Shown: one piece after another, positions 1 to 12,400 of the stretch
Layout of the letters: each line of letters opens with the position of its first letter
Numbering within the stretch: position 1 is the stretch's first letter
Assembly (NCBI GenBank): GCA_000934665.2
Contig: KZ538598.1
Coordinates: 1-60,093, forward strand
DNA: 60,093 nucleotides
Direction: 5' to 3'
DNA from: Catajapyx aquilonaris
Taxonomy: Eukaryota
The notes under the pieces: generated by a model
Database searches by the model: none
Told to the model about the DNA's origin: nothing
Seen by the model: the letters and a program-made list of their open reading frames with translations, nothing else
Program-made: the position numbers and the translations under genes

Positions 1-3000
1 AGTACTTCTGGTGTTAATGTATAAGGTGGACGGAATTTTAATCAAATATGTAAGGCCGGCAGTTAGTGACATGTGGCTGAAAAATAAAGATGTGGGAATC
101 GATCAGTGCAAACATCGATTTGCCGCTTCCAGACGTGGCCCAGTTATGGGGAATGGGGAGGGAAAACAGATGGGGACTATGGGCGCTTAATTCGGGCTGA
201 ATGCGGATTATTTTTGGGGGGCGGTGACAGGCACCGGGACTATGAATAGGGCTGATAGTATTCATGTAATTGTCAATGCAACCTGGGAGTAATTGATGGC
301 CAAGATCCGGGTATAGGTATTGATATTAGTGACGCCGCGCTGTGACGAAATTGTGGTGACAGGCACCGCGATCGGTAGTATTCAAATTGTTGTCACCCTT
401 TTGGTAATTGATCATGCTCACGACTGCACTGGGGTTCTTAATTATAGCCCCCTGCAGAGTGCATGTTGCTAGGTTCTACTTTAGAGGGGGGGGGGGGNAA
501 AGGGAAGGTCACCCCCCCCCCCCCCCCACCTCGGCTACTCCCCCGATTTCCAATCATGTTTCGCAAGAGCTCCCGCAGTTGGAAGCCATGCAACAGACCC
601 AGGTCTTTGGGGGAAGGAAAGAAAAAAAGCAATTTTGTCGGCACACGACGGTAAAACCCGGATTCTACTCAAAAGTCTCGAGCAAAAGACCACTGGGGAA
701 TCTTCTAAGTGAGTTATCCTTTTGGCAATCCTGGAGTCTTAACCTCCCTCTCAGCCATTAGGGGGTCCCAATATCAATAAGGCAGCGGATTGCAGGAGAC
801 CAATAGATATGCACGAAAAAAGGCTGGGGGAAAGTTTGTAATTAATTTCGAAACAAGTTTGGCGGCAGTGTAATTGCGGCATGAATGCGACTAAAGAATA
901 AGGACCAAGCAGCCGATAACTAACAAAGTTGCGAAAGTTCCAATTAATTCGGCAATTCTTTTTCGAGCGCCGTTTGATCGATGTTATAGAACAGCCTTTT
1001 GTCCGATCCTGAACTTTTGACCGGCCGTTACAGTGCATGGAGGTCGAGTGCACTTGACTTGGAGGGGAGGGATGCCCTCATATTAAGGCGGGTTTGCGAC
1101 AAAATTGCGTGCTTCCAAGGGGCACGGATGGAAATGGGCCAAGAAAAAGGACCCGAATCATGTCGCCGTAAACAAGCCCAATCAGCACGCCATACCTGGG
1201 TCCTCCTTATCAGCTCCGAAAAATAAATAGGGCGTAACCAATACGAGGGTCCAATTCTAAAAAGCTAACCCCTGGCCTTTATACAATCTGCAGGTATAGC
1301 ACGAGGCCGGATGTTATGTACGTGTACTGTGTGCAAAACAGCACGTCACATGCCGTTCTTCTAGCATTTTTTTGGGTACTAGAATACTTGTTGGCGAAAC
1401 ATTTGTGTTGGTGACAGGGACATCGGTAAATCATTTTGGGATTATTCCGCGGGAGGAATTATTCATGCGACATATTTTTTTGCGCGGGGAAACTTGAAGG
1501 AGGCGAAACATTTGGGCAACATTTGGAGGAACCAGGCTGCGGGTAATAAATTGGAGACGCACACTATCATAAATTAATTCGGGGCCAGTAATGGTGGTAT
1601 AAATCATGGGATAGGGAGGGCGGAGGGGTGATTATAGAGAAAATGCGGTGGAGCGGAATTGATGAAGAGAGCTTTCAAGCTCCGCGTCCTGATGATTATC
1701 CGATCATCCCTGGCTGCCAGGAAAAGGTTCAGGAGTCTATGAGGACTGGACATTTTCGGAAGTCTATAGAAAAAAAAAATGGGGACAAAGAGTTACTTGG
1801 AAGCGCAGCGATTTAGTGCGTAATTACACGGTCAATGCGGGGATTAGCTCTTACGGAGGATTGGTTATTGGCCCCGAGGAGGTAATTAGCGGTTCATGTT
1901 AAGGATATTGATGCGGATTTCGTGACCTGAGACAATTGAAAGGGGCGGGTATATGTAGTTCCGGGTACTTTTTTCCTTTGAAAGAGGACAGAATGGCAGC
2001 AGGAGACATGTGTCATGTGGAGCAAAAATTTGTGCCATGATTATAATTCGGTATGGCATGCAATGATTGGGGTGGATCGTTGTGATCCAGGCTGATGTGA
2101 ATGTTGAATGTCATTTGACGAATTGTTATTGTAGTGACTCTGACGTGGCAAAGCCTATATTCGAGCGAGTGGTTACGAATGCACAAAATTAATGATATTC
2201 AGGGGTTATTACGGCTTTGTCATATTCTATGCAACTGTGACATGATGTAGCGCAGTCATGAAGAACGGGCTGTTATATTTTTATATGCCCCGAAAATAGA
2301 TGCAAAGTTGGGGTGTAGAGCATAGTAAAAAGAAAATATCTGGGTTGCCTTATCGCCTTTCGTGATATTATATGCCGAGCTATATTCTAAAATTTACGAG
2401 CCGCTTGCAGTATAACGACAATATGGCATGGGTACTGATACATAGAGTATACACCTACATTTTGTAGTATATCTGCATCGGAAAACTTCCTCGCACTTGT
2501 AAGTCACATTATGTGAGTAGAATGCAGATCAGCATTGATCATGTCCACACGGAGCCTGAAACGGAACAAAATAAAACCCCGAGCTTTTCTAACCACTTAG
2601 CTGATTGGTGACAGAAACTTTTTGGTTTTGGCCACTGCTTCACGTCGCAAGCGGCTTGGCTCGGATAGCGAGAAAACTCTGGGAAGTTGGCGCAAAACAG
2701 TATAGGAAACGGGCACTGCGCTTCATTTGCATTGTGGCCCTAGCAGCAGACGAGGGGTGCTATGCATTTGGTGGTGAGTAGTTGGCCGAGTGCAGGAAGA
2801 GAAAGGATGCGTTGGGTGTGACTGTGCGTGGGGCCGGCGGGAGATGCGGCGGCCCCTGGGCGAGGCGGCGGTGCTAACTCCCGGAAGGCAGCGGCAAGAC
2901 GGCCGTCTTCAGCAGCAGCCAGTTCCAGGGGAGGGCCAGCCACGGGCTATTCCCGGGCGGCGATAGATGTCGGGGCCCACGGGGCGGAACCTCCTCCGGG

Positions 3001-3225
3001 GGCAGCGGCAGCGGAAGCACCAGCGTTGTTGCCGCGGCCTCCGCCGGAACCGTCTCCACGGCCACGGCTGTCGGCCACCGGCTGGCCCCGCCGCAGCTGC
3101 CCCGGGTCAGGAAGGGGGCCAAAGGGCGGAGGGAGGCTGGTGCTGGTGGAGATGGAAATGGCGGGACGGAGAGTGAGCTGGAGGAAGGGGAGCTGGAGGA
3201 GGAGGGGGCCTGCGGTTGGAGGTCC

Positions 3226-3408
3226 ATGCCTGCGGCCATGTGCTCTTTGTGCCTGCGGCCGGACCGTAGGCGACACAAGAAGGTGGTCCGGTTCGATTCC
3301 AAAGTCGACACCATATCACCTGCCTTATCCTTTGCCGATGCGGCCTCGGGGCAGGGGGGTCAGAAAGCCCAGACCCCCCCTGCCCCTATGACTTTCTCAT
3401 GGAGCCCG
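3226..3408 (+). CDS. dlg1: Candidate alternative first coding exon of dlg1 (MPAAMCSLCLRPDRRRHKKVVRFDSK...FSWSP)
   Basis: ATG at 3226 (second ATG at 3238) in a GC/CpG-rich island; 61 codons end at a consensus donor CCG|GTAAGT in phase 0, matching the phase-0 exons at 19022 and 23716. The frame is open back to 2878, so the exon may be longer or internal. Linkage to dlg1 is inferred. Confidence 0.6.
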
Positions 3409-6400
3409 GTAAGTTGATGTGTCGCAGCCTGAGGTGGCAGGAAGTACCCTTCAACCATACCTAATTTTGAACGAAATGTGACTGATCGTTGTGCATTTCG
3501 GGTCTTCATATGCAATAGTCGATGCTCGGATAAGAGCCAAGGTTGTCGCCCCTTTTTTTTCTGATTTTTCGACGGCTGTCAGCCTCTTCATTTGAAAGGC
3601 TGCTGAGCAAACTTGCTCGACGACGACGAAGGAATGATTAATGACTCGCCATGTAAACTTGTGCCCCGGGAAGTAACTCGGGCTTAATATTTTAAGATTA
3701 ATTAGGTTGCTGTGTAAAGGACAGCCAACTTTCTGTCTGTAGACACAAATGAGATGATTAAAATGCGGCGATGAATAGCAACGTCAGCTGCTGACTAAGT
3801 GACTGCGGTTTTATCGCAGGAGCAGCAGCAGTACTGTTGGCTTACAAAGAAAAGAAAAAGTCGTCTCTCAGCTATTAGGAGACAGACAGAGGAGTCTCAG
3901 ACATTCATCACAATTTAAACCCTCCAAGACTCGGTCGGTTCTTTCCCCCCAGATTGCGAGCATTCCGCCAATAATGTCCCCAGCCATGAATCCTTGGAGC
4001 CCTCAAAAGGAGAATGATCTGGAGGGGCGGGCCCGCGGGGTAGTGTTCATGACAGTCTGGATCCTGGCGAAATGGAGCAGGAGAAAGATAATCATTAGCT
4101 CTCCCGCTAACAGGGCCTTGTCGCTTCAGGGTTGTTGACCACTTCCAGCTTTTATTGTTCGTTATATAAATTGCGTGCGGCCGGAAGGAACCCAACTCTC
4201 TCGACGACTCGGGTTTCGGAAAAAGTGCTCCAGTCTTGGTCTAAACTTATCGCAGATACTTTAAACTCCGGAAATCCGTTTTCGCCGGTTTTCGCTACGG
4301 GCAAAAAATCCTTTGTGTGTTTGCCGCCAGAATGTAGTTCAGCTGGTGGTCGGTAGAGGGTGTGGCGTGTGCGGCGCTTGTAGGTGGCGAGCGATTGTGC
4401 TGGCGCCTGGTTGAGAGAGCTTGAACTCGCAGGGCCTGATATTGGATTTTGGCTGATTGCTGTGAGAGCTGGTGGGAAGAGTGAAGATGTTCCTGGATCG
4501 GAATTGCATGGGTTTTTTTTCCCCTCTTCCGCTTTTTTGTGCTAACGGGCTCTCATCATCCCGCTCCATTAGTGGAGCTCTGCAAAACTGATGGAAGTCT
4601 TGATACTTTCGCTTTTTTTTGGTGCAAATGCTGTTTTGAAAAACGGACATGCCTGAAGCGCTTTCCTGCACACGAAAGTAGTTCTCTGCCCATAGGCAAA
4701 TCCAAGTGTGGCAGTGAAATTGACTTTTCTGAACAAGTACTGTCCAAACCCCTTCTTTTGTACCGCTCGAGGCGCATTAGGGACCCATTGAAGCATATAG
4801 ATCCCTTTGTCCGTTCTGATACCCGGAGGCGCTGCAGAAGAACAGGGATTTTGGAAGAAAATCCTTATCTCTCTGGGTCTGGGGGCTGCGAGTCGGAGCA
4901 GGTGGCGCCTTCCGAATCTGTCCAAAAGCTTCCAAACAGATGTCGGATTCCGCGGATTGATTGCGCGCCGCAGATGTCGCCGGAATGGCACATGCCATTC
5001 GGATCAGAAGGAGTCATTAAGCAGCTATTCGAACATAATTAAAACGGAATGATTGCGAGGCTTTGTCATCATGCGGAGTAGGTAGGATCTTCCCAGGGGT
5101 AGAAACACACTTCAGATGCATAGTGTGTTGACTTGGAAACGTAAGACATCAAAGCTGCGGTGAAACGGTCCTGGAGCCTTAATGAAGAGGAGGAAACGAG
5201 ACACTAGGACTCTAAGATCAAAAGCCGTTGTCATAAAGGTTATGAGCAGTGGGCGCGTTTGGGATTTAAAATTGGGCTTGTTAGTGATGCGACGGATTTG
5301 CGTGAAAAATGCTCCGTCTTGGCCTAATTATTCTCCATTGTGCCCGCCGGGTTTGGAAATCTAGCCACGTGAATGGATTGCGGAGTGGCTTGAAAAGATG
5401 TATGGGGACGTGCTCTATTATGCTACCTTTCCTTGGGCCAACTAGCTGGGGTCTGGAGGGAAATGGTTTCCTTCATCCTCCCCATCCACCCAACCTCCGC
5501 CCCCTTTTGGATGTCTGAACCTTGTTATCGTCGCTTCCCCGGAGGAGGAAATGAGAGGTTTGAGTGCCAATATATCTCAGCCCGAGATCGTCTTGCTTTG
5601 AATTGAAAATGTGTCGCAGTCGCGTCCCGGTCCCTAATAATCACTAGGGGTGGAAAATTTTCCATCGTCAAGGAATGAAATGGCGTCTACTTCCCAAGTG
5701 CCGTGTCTGAATCCAGGAACGTGATGGTATCCATATCGGATGCTTCTTGTCCTCCTTTTTTCTGGGGGGGCCTAGGAGGCTTGTCAGCCATTGGCATTCT
5801 TGTTCGCCGGATGAGTTCATGAAGGAGGAATATTGCGCCGTAAAGCGATTCAGATGGGCGCTTGATGAGGCAAATTTAGTTGATTAAATTCTGGAATGGT
5901 TGGGGGGAACGGGTTACAATGGCGGCCAGGGCTTTGAAGGGAACGGGGAGTGTAAACGCGCCATCCTGTTTGTGCGGCGATGAAATCACCCAGCGTTGCG
6001 GTTGGGCCGCCGACACAACTAATTTCACACCGCGATAACCCATACCCCGCTATGTTCCCAACACTGAATATCTAGCTGGCGCAAACCCCTGCAGGGTCAA
6101 CCCTTGACGACCAGCAAAAACCTAGGTGTAGTTCCCTAACCATCCGAAGTGGGTCGCATCGATCGTGGCATTCGTCACAAAGTTGTGGACTGTTATGGAA
6201 TCTGATTTCATCAAACGAGTGGCGGCGCAGCGGGGACCCGAATTTTAAAGGAGAGAAAAGAGCGGAAACCGCGCGATCCTGGCGGGCCATCTGGGAAGAC
6301 AGCGGTGCTGGAAGAGTCGGTAGTCCCCGCTGAGGAGCGGGCATAAATCACTTATCCGGGCGGAGGTTCTCCGTGAGTATCGGCACGGAGCAGAAAGAAA

Positions 6401-9400
6401 TCCGTTCCGGAGAAAAGAGGCCTGGAAGAGTGTAATGGGCCGGAGGAGGAGAGGAATGGCGCCGAGGAAGATGTCCGCAGGGAGGAAATGAAATCCTCCT
6501 TGTTCCATGTGTGCCGTTCCCATTACTACGGGGAAATGATTTGGGCCCAGCACCACCGGGGTTCCTTTCTTTTTTTGGTAGGTACCCGGACCCCGTGAGA
6601 AGCACCAAGGATCCAGAAATGCTCTCACCGGGAGCCTTGCTCGGCATTAATTCACTTTTATTTCTCGCCTTCATGCATAGTAATGCCTGGGCCAGGGAGG
6701 TTAGGACGGTGGAATGGAATCAGTTTTTGACGCTGCTCAAGTGCGAGTCGGTTATCGATAAATCGGGGGTACAGTCAGTTTCAAGCACCTATTTGACCCG
6801 TTTTTTTCCCAAGTGCGATGGAGTCAGCGTTAGTGTTGAATAAATGGAAGCGTTTTGGGAACAGGGGGAGCTACACGGTGTTTCTGAACTAGCTAGGGCC
6901 ACCTCGTTACTGAGATAATTGGCTTTAATCAGGGAGGATATATATCCTGGGATGTTTGCACGGTGAGTCGCTTCGACCTCTGGTTTCTCGGTGACTGGTT
7001 ACAGCCTGCGGTGGGCTCGCAGTTCAAATTAAAACTGCATGCGCGATGCGTTTCACGTCTACAGTAAGTACGACTTATGCCTTACATTTGCAGCTCGTTT
7101 TCTAGGTAACAAAGGGTCGACGACCAACCACCACCTGGATATAGATCAAGCGACTACATATCAGGTGATTCTAACAAAAGAGTATACGATAGCCTCAGTT
7201 CATGTTGCCTGGTAACAACCTGTATTGAAAGTAGCTTTGACGAAACCGGGCTCATGTCATGTATACGTGTGTTCATATAGGCCTACTTATTTGCTGTTAG
7301 TATATGGACTCATAAGCACCGACTACAATTAACATTAAGTAGCTCCAAATGTTATGTTTCCGGCGATGGTTGGGAGCGCATTGTTTCTCCGTACACTGCA
7401 GATCGGCAGTCTTAGAATATTCATGAAGCTGCTACAATGCTCCAAATACGCTAGGGAAATTTTGCCTAAAACTCGACGCAGCCTTGCAAGACAAATGTTG
7501 GCAAGTACAGGTTTTTAAAGTAACAAACCAGCGGGTCGTGTAGGTATCCGGTCACGTAATGAATGCAAGGAACTTGGCGAAGTTGCCGATTCAGATATCT
7601 TCTAAATGCGGCGCAGTTATGGTAATTTGAATATCCAGTTAATGTATCCTATTAGAAAACAAGGTTCTTAACCCTCCCAAATTTTCGTTTTCCCATTCAA
7701 TCTTTGCATATTTGGCCTATACCTCTCCTATAGGATTAGACTCCTTTGTTCTTCTTCATTTGGCTCCCACAGCGTATCAGACTGATTTGATTTAATCTGG
7801 AATAGTTTGCAGGATTTTTTTTTTTTTTTTTTGCATGATTTCCCCCCAGCCCGCATCCCCCCGGTTTGATCCAATTGCTCTCTGGCTGGTTTGTGTTGTA
7901 GCTGTGCCAGAGGGTAATTCCTAAACCATTTTATGGCAGAGCACTTTGTTTGCACAGCGGATTCCGCGTGCCCACTGCTGTAGTTGGTGTATTTGATGAG
8001 TCCTCTCGCTCTGACAACTTTGCATTATCCCGAAAATGCGTTTTGCAGTGTGCGGGACTAGAATTCATCGCAGGCTTTTCTTTCCACGGTGACGATTCGT
8101 TGCCTCCGGAACAAAAAGGGTGTTATTCGCTATTTTTTTGGCCAAATTGAGATAACGATTGTGCACTGAGGCATGGCTCTATTACAGGTCCAGCAAGGCG
8201 TGACATGTCCCATTTTATCGTAATGTATCCTACTTGCGGTCGTATATGTCAATGTATAGAAGATGAGCGTTCGGGTCAGATCTTGGGTGGCTATATATAT
8301 ATTTTTTCGTTTGATGGTCGCGGAAGGGCCCTTTGAGGAATGTCAACAAGGGTGGGGGAGTTTCTGGCTGGCATTATTGATGCCTTTCGGTTAGCGCCCT
8401 CCTCCCCTTTGCAATGTCAACAGAGGGCCCGGCAGGGCGTGTCCGCCTGGCCGGAATATTGACATAGCTCCGGGAATGGAGTTCCGGAGACGTATTAGAA
8501 TGGCACGCGCTCCTTCATTTCCCGGAGGAAGATTCCCTGCTTCTACTGCCTGTGTTTGGACAAGCTTTCCCTTTGGTTTGTGTCCTCTTCCTTTCACCAC
8601 CAAAAGAAAAGGATCACGTTTTCTGTGGGTTGGGATTTTTTTTTTTTTTTTTTTAAGGCGAGGGTGGTCTGCTGGCAAAGTGTTGTTCAACCCACCTACT
8701 TGAATGGGAAGAGAATTTATAGAGCAAACGACCAACTCGAGCCTGTTCTTGTCTGGCGCCCATTTTTCATGCGGTTCCCCGCATTCTAGTCGCGTTCGAA
8801 TCATGCCCGAGGACCACTCGAGTATGATGCCTTGCTTCAGGGTTGGGTGGGATGGTGGATCACATTTGCGAATTGATGCCACCCTCTCTTTTTTTGGACA
8901 AGGATTGGTCGATCCCCGGCTAATGGCAAAATTTCTCCTGACGTGAACTTCCGACACACGTCGTGTGTGTGTCGTATATGCTAATGTCTGGTAGGGAGCA
9001 CCATGTTTGTTGGAGGAAGGTTCGCGCTTGCTCTTTCCATCTTCCCCGGTTCCAGGGTGGGGGAAGGGGGGAGGCTAGAGGGGGACCTAAAAGGGGCGGG
9101 ACAGGCAGAGACCAGGGCCAAACGACGTCGGGTGGGCATGTGCACCGGCGGGTTAAGGAATTGTGTGCGGTGTGCGCGAGTCATGTGACCCCGGGAGTGT
9201 GTGGCAGATTTGCGGTTATTGCAGGTTTAGTGCTCGAGGGTAAAAAAAAAAATTATTTTGATCGACATGTTTATTGATGTCGAGGGACATACCGCTCCAA
9301 CATTGTGGTGGTCGCATATGGCTCATTAGTTCCCGGTTGTTTTTTTTGTGCCATACTCGAACCCGTTGTTGACTTGTGCGACAAACAGTGTGCGGTTAGG

Positions 9401-12400
9401 CAGGAATTTTTACATCGGTTTTTTTTTTTTTTTTGTAAAGTTAATCGACACGGTTTCTCCAATTCCCCACACCGAAATTGATGCTTGAGGGAGGGGGGAA
9501 AAACTGGGATGAGGGGATCGCTCTGGTGCGATGGGATCCAGCACTTTTGATGGCTTTTGTGGTCATCGCGTGACGAGTTAATTTTAGGAAATCCACACCC
9601 TATTTTCAGGCTAGATCGAACCAGGGAAGCGAGGTTTTTGTCCCTTGTTGAGGCCGCCTGTCCGGTGCCGCCAATATAAGGAAGTTTTCGTGGAGAGAAA
9701 TCTTCCAGGGTGATTAATGTGGGGGGGCTCGATCTTCTCCTCCAGCCTCCCAACCCCCTCTTTCCCTTGTCCTGCCAGAGCGCTCCTGAGTGAAGAGTTC
9801 GGTTAGGAGAAGTAATGACTATGGGCAGCTCGGGAAAGAAAACGGATCGTTCGGTTCCGCACTGGAAACCCTGGAGCCGGCGGTTTTCTAAATTAAATAC
9901 TGGGCTGGGTATTGTTTCATTAAACTCAGTTTTTTTCGGAGGGGGAAAGCGGATGAACGCATTACCGTCGGTGCTCAGAAGCCCACGAATGATGCATGTC
10001 ACACCCTTCGCGTGTCGGTGGCAGCAGAGGGGAAATATCGGATGGGAACTGTAGCCGGGTGTTTTTGGAGGGCAGCTGCTGACCTCTGACCCCGACCAGA
10101 GTAGGGTAGTTGAGAGAGCACTCGGGCACTTTAAAAATTTTGTGTCAATATTTTCGGATAATTTTAGTGCCTCGAATGAGCCACTGGTGGAGGGTACATA
10201 TCCGGAAATGTATAGGTAGGTAAGCCACGAGGGGGTCCGAGGGTGGGCCGAATTTTCCTTATCTAAATATTTGCGCAAGGTAAGTTGGCCCTGAGCCATA
10301 CTGATTGCGGTAGAAAAGTCTGGAGCCCGTAGCATTTCCTCCGGAAAAACTGCAATTCTGCAAATATTTTTTGTGAAGGATTGGCCCAGTGATTTGCATT
10401 AAGGATTTGAGTAAGATTAGCAAAGTGTGCCGGATAGTCCCTGGCTCTCCACACCCAAAATCCGGCATGCGATCGTAACTAAGGCGATCGTTGCAGTGTA
10501 AATGAGGTTAGGTGCATGCTGGGGGCACCGCGCGTGTTCAAAATGGACCGTACAAGTGCGGCATGGGTACGTATGGATTCCTCGCGGTTTGGAGTAAGGT
10601 CTGGCCGTGACGCTAACGAGCCGCCTTCTCTGAAGTTGATGGCTACTTTGGGGACAGCAGAGGCTCCCCACCTGTGGCCCAGGCCCATCCTTTCGGACCC
10701 CATCGACCTGCCTGCCATGTCCGGTCCACTGCTTGCCATTAGCTGTTTTTGTAGGTGTACCAGGGAGGGAAGGTTGGATTGAATTATTGTTGCGGTGTAT
10801 CGACCGGGGCAGTTTGGGAGCTGCAAGTGCGCTGGATGGTCTCTAATTGCGACTTGGGGGGGTTTCCAGGATCACATCTTCCTATCAGATTACACTCTCT
10901 GCCACCTACGGGGGGTTAGTTGGCCCCGAAATTGATTTCCGACAGACTTTAACCCCCCCCCCCCCCTCAGCTTCACTTCTCCCCTTCCCAAACTTGCGAA
11001 TTGATTTCTAGCAAAGGGGGAGAACCTAACGCTGTATCGGTGTAATCATAGCTCCCCAATTTTCTCGTTTCCTGAACTTGGGGGACGCAATTAGTAGATT
11101 TGATTGCGACATTTTTTTTGTGTTTCAGTTGCGGTTTTGAACCAGCGAGAGAGCAAATTGGCAAGACACTGCCTAATTACAAATCGTAGTTTTATTTTTG
11201 GGCAATGCAGATCGATTGGGGAAGTCGGTAAATGGGGCTCAGACCACATTGGCGTGTTCCCGCCCCCTGCGTTTTTAGCACAACGTCCCCGTTGTTTAAA
11301 TCAAGCCGAATTGACCGCTTTTAGTTAATTAGCCGGCGGATTTGGAGTAGCCCCCCCTGTAGGGTCACGTAGAACGCAATCGAAGCTGCGTGGTGGTGCG
11401 GCTGCCAGTCTTCCGTGCTGCCCGGCGGTTTATCTTGATCGTTGCAGCGGGTAGGAGGGAGTTGGGGGCAGGCGGAGGGCGGCAGGGAGGGCAGACGGAC
11501 ATGCGAGCCTCCAGAAGGAAGAAGGTGGCCATCGGATGGTACGCTAGCTAGGCCTAGGAAGACTGATTCAGGTGGTGGTGGTGAAGTGGTTGGAGGACGA
11601 TGGGCTTTCACCGGTTTCCAGTGCGGCGGTTTCGTCGACTACGATTCTTCGGGAGGGCCAAGGTGTACCTGATGGTGCGGTGGCCGCTGCTGGTAGGTAG
11701 GATGGTGTGGGAACCACATGTCATTTGGTGGCGCTGGTTTTGGTACTCAGTTGAGAGGAGGAACCTTTTTTGTATACATGCCTGCGTCGAAAAGCTATGT
11801 CCGGAGGGCTGATGGCCAAACTGAGCGAGCCCTTTTTCGCCCCAAATGGATGGTGTGAGGGGACATCTAATGGCAGGAATTTGCACTTTGGCTCGTTGGA
11901 CGCGTGACTGACTGCAGTTTACGGGTGTAAAAAAACTGATTGGGTACTAATCGGTCGTTTGGTAAGATGGCCCCCCCATTCCATTTCTGCGCGTCGAAAA
12001 AATAGGTCGATGGTGGGTAGCCAACATGTTTCGTCCAACCTCCTCAAAGGAAGAGCACGTCCGCATACATTCCGTTAGCACACAACAATGAGAGGAATGC
12101 CCAGGAAAATCCCAAGCTCGTGTCGCAATCTGATCGTTTCTTGCACTTACTCCACTCCGTACATTCCAGGGCTTGCTCCTCCAGGGGGGAAATGGGGGGT
12201 AGAGTGCAATTCATATCTGGCCAGCGGAGACTCGACACGTTCCATTAGTAAAATGCAGCTGCGGAGTGTGCGTGTCACGTGATGAATGTCCCCAGGGCCT
12301 GTTTCTTGCGTAACGGTCCAGAGGACGGCCCTTAAATTTGGGTACATCTCTGCCCTCGGTGAGGCAAAAGGGTTGTGCAACAGCATAAATCTGGAATATT

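Noticed and set aside
7046..7063. ATG-led mini exon MRFTST before ACA|GTAAGT
   Set aside because: Phase fits, but six codons are too few to distinguish from chance.
9271..10335. 354-aa minus-strand ORF inside the dlg1 intron
   Set aside because: No recognisable domain, runs through homopolymer tracts, no supporting splice structure; likely chance.
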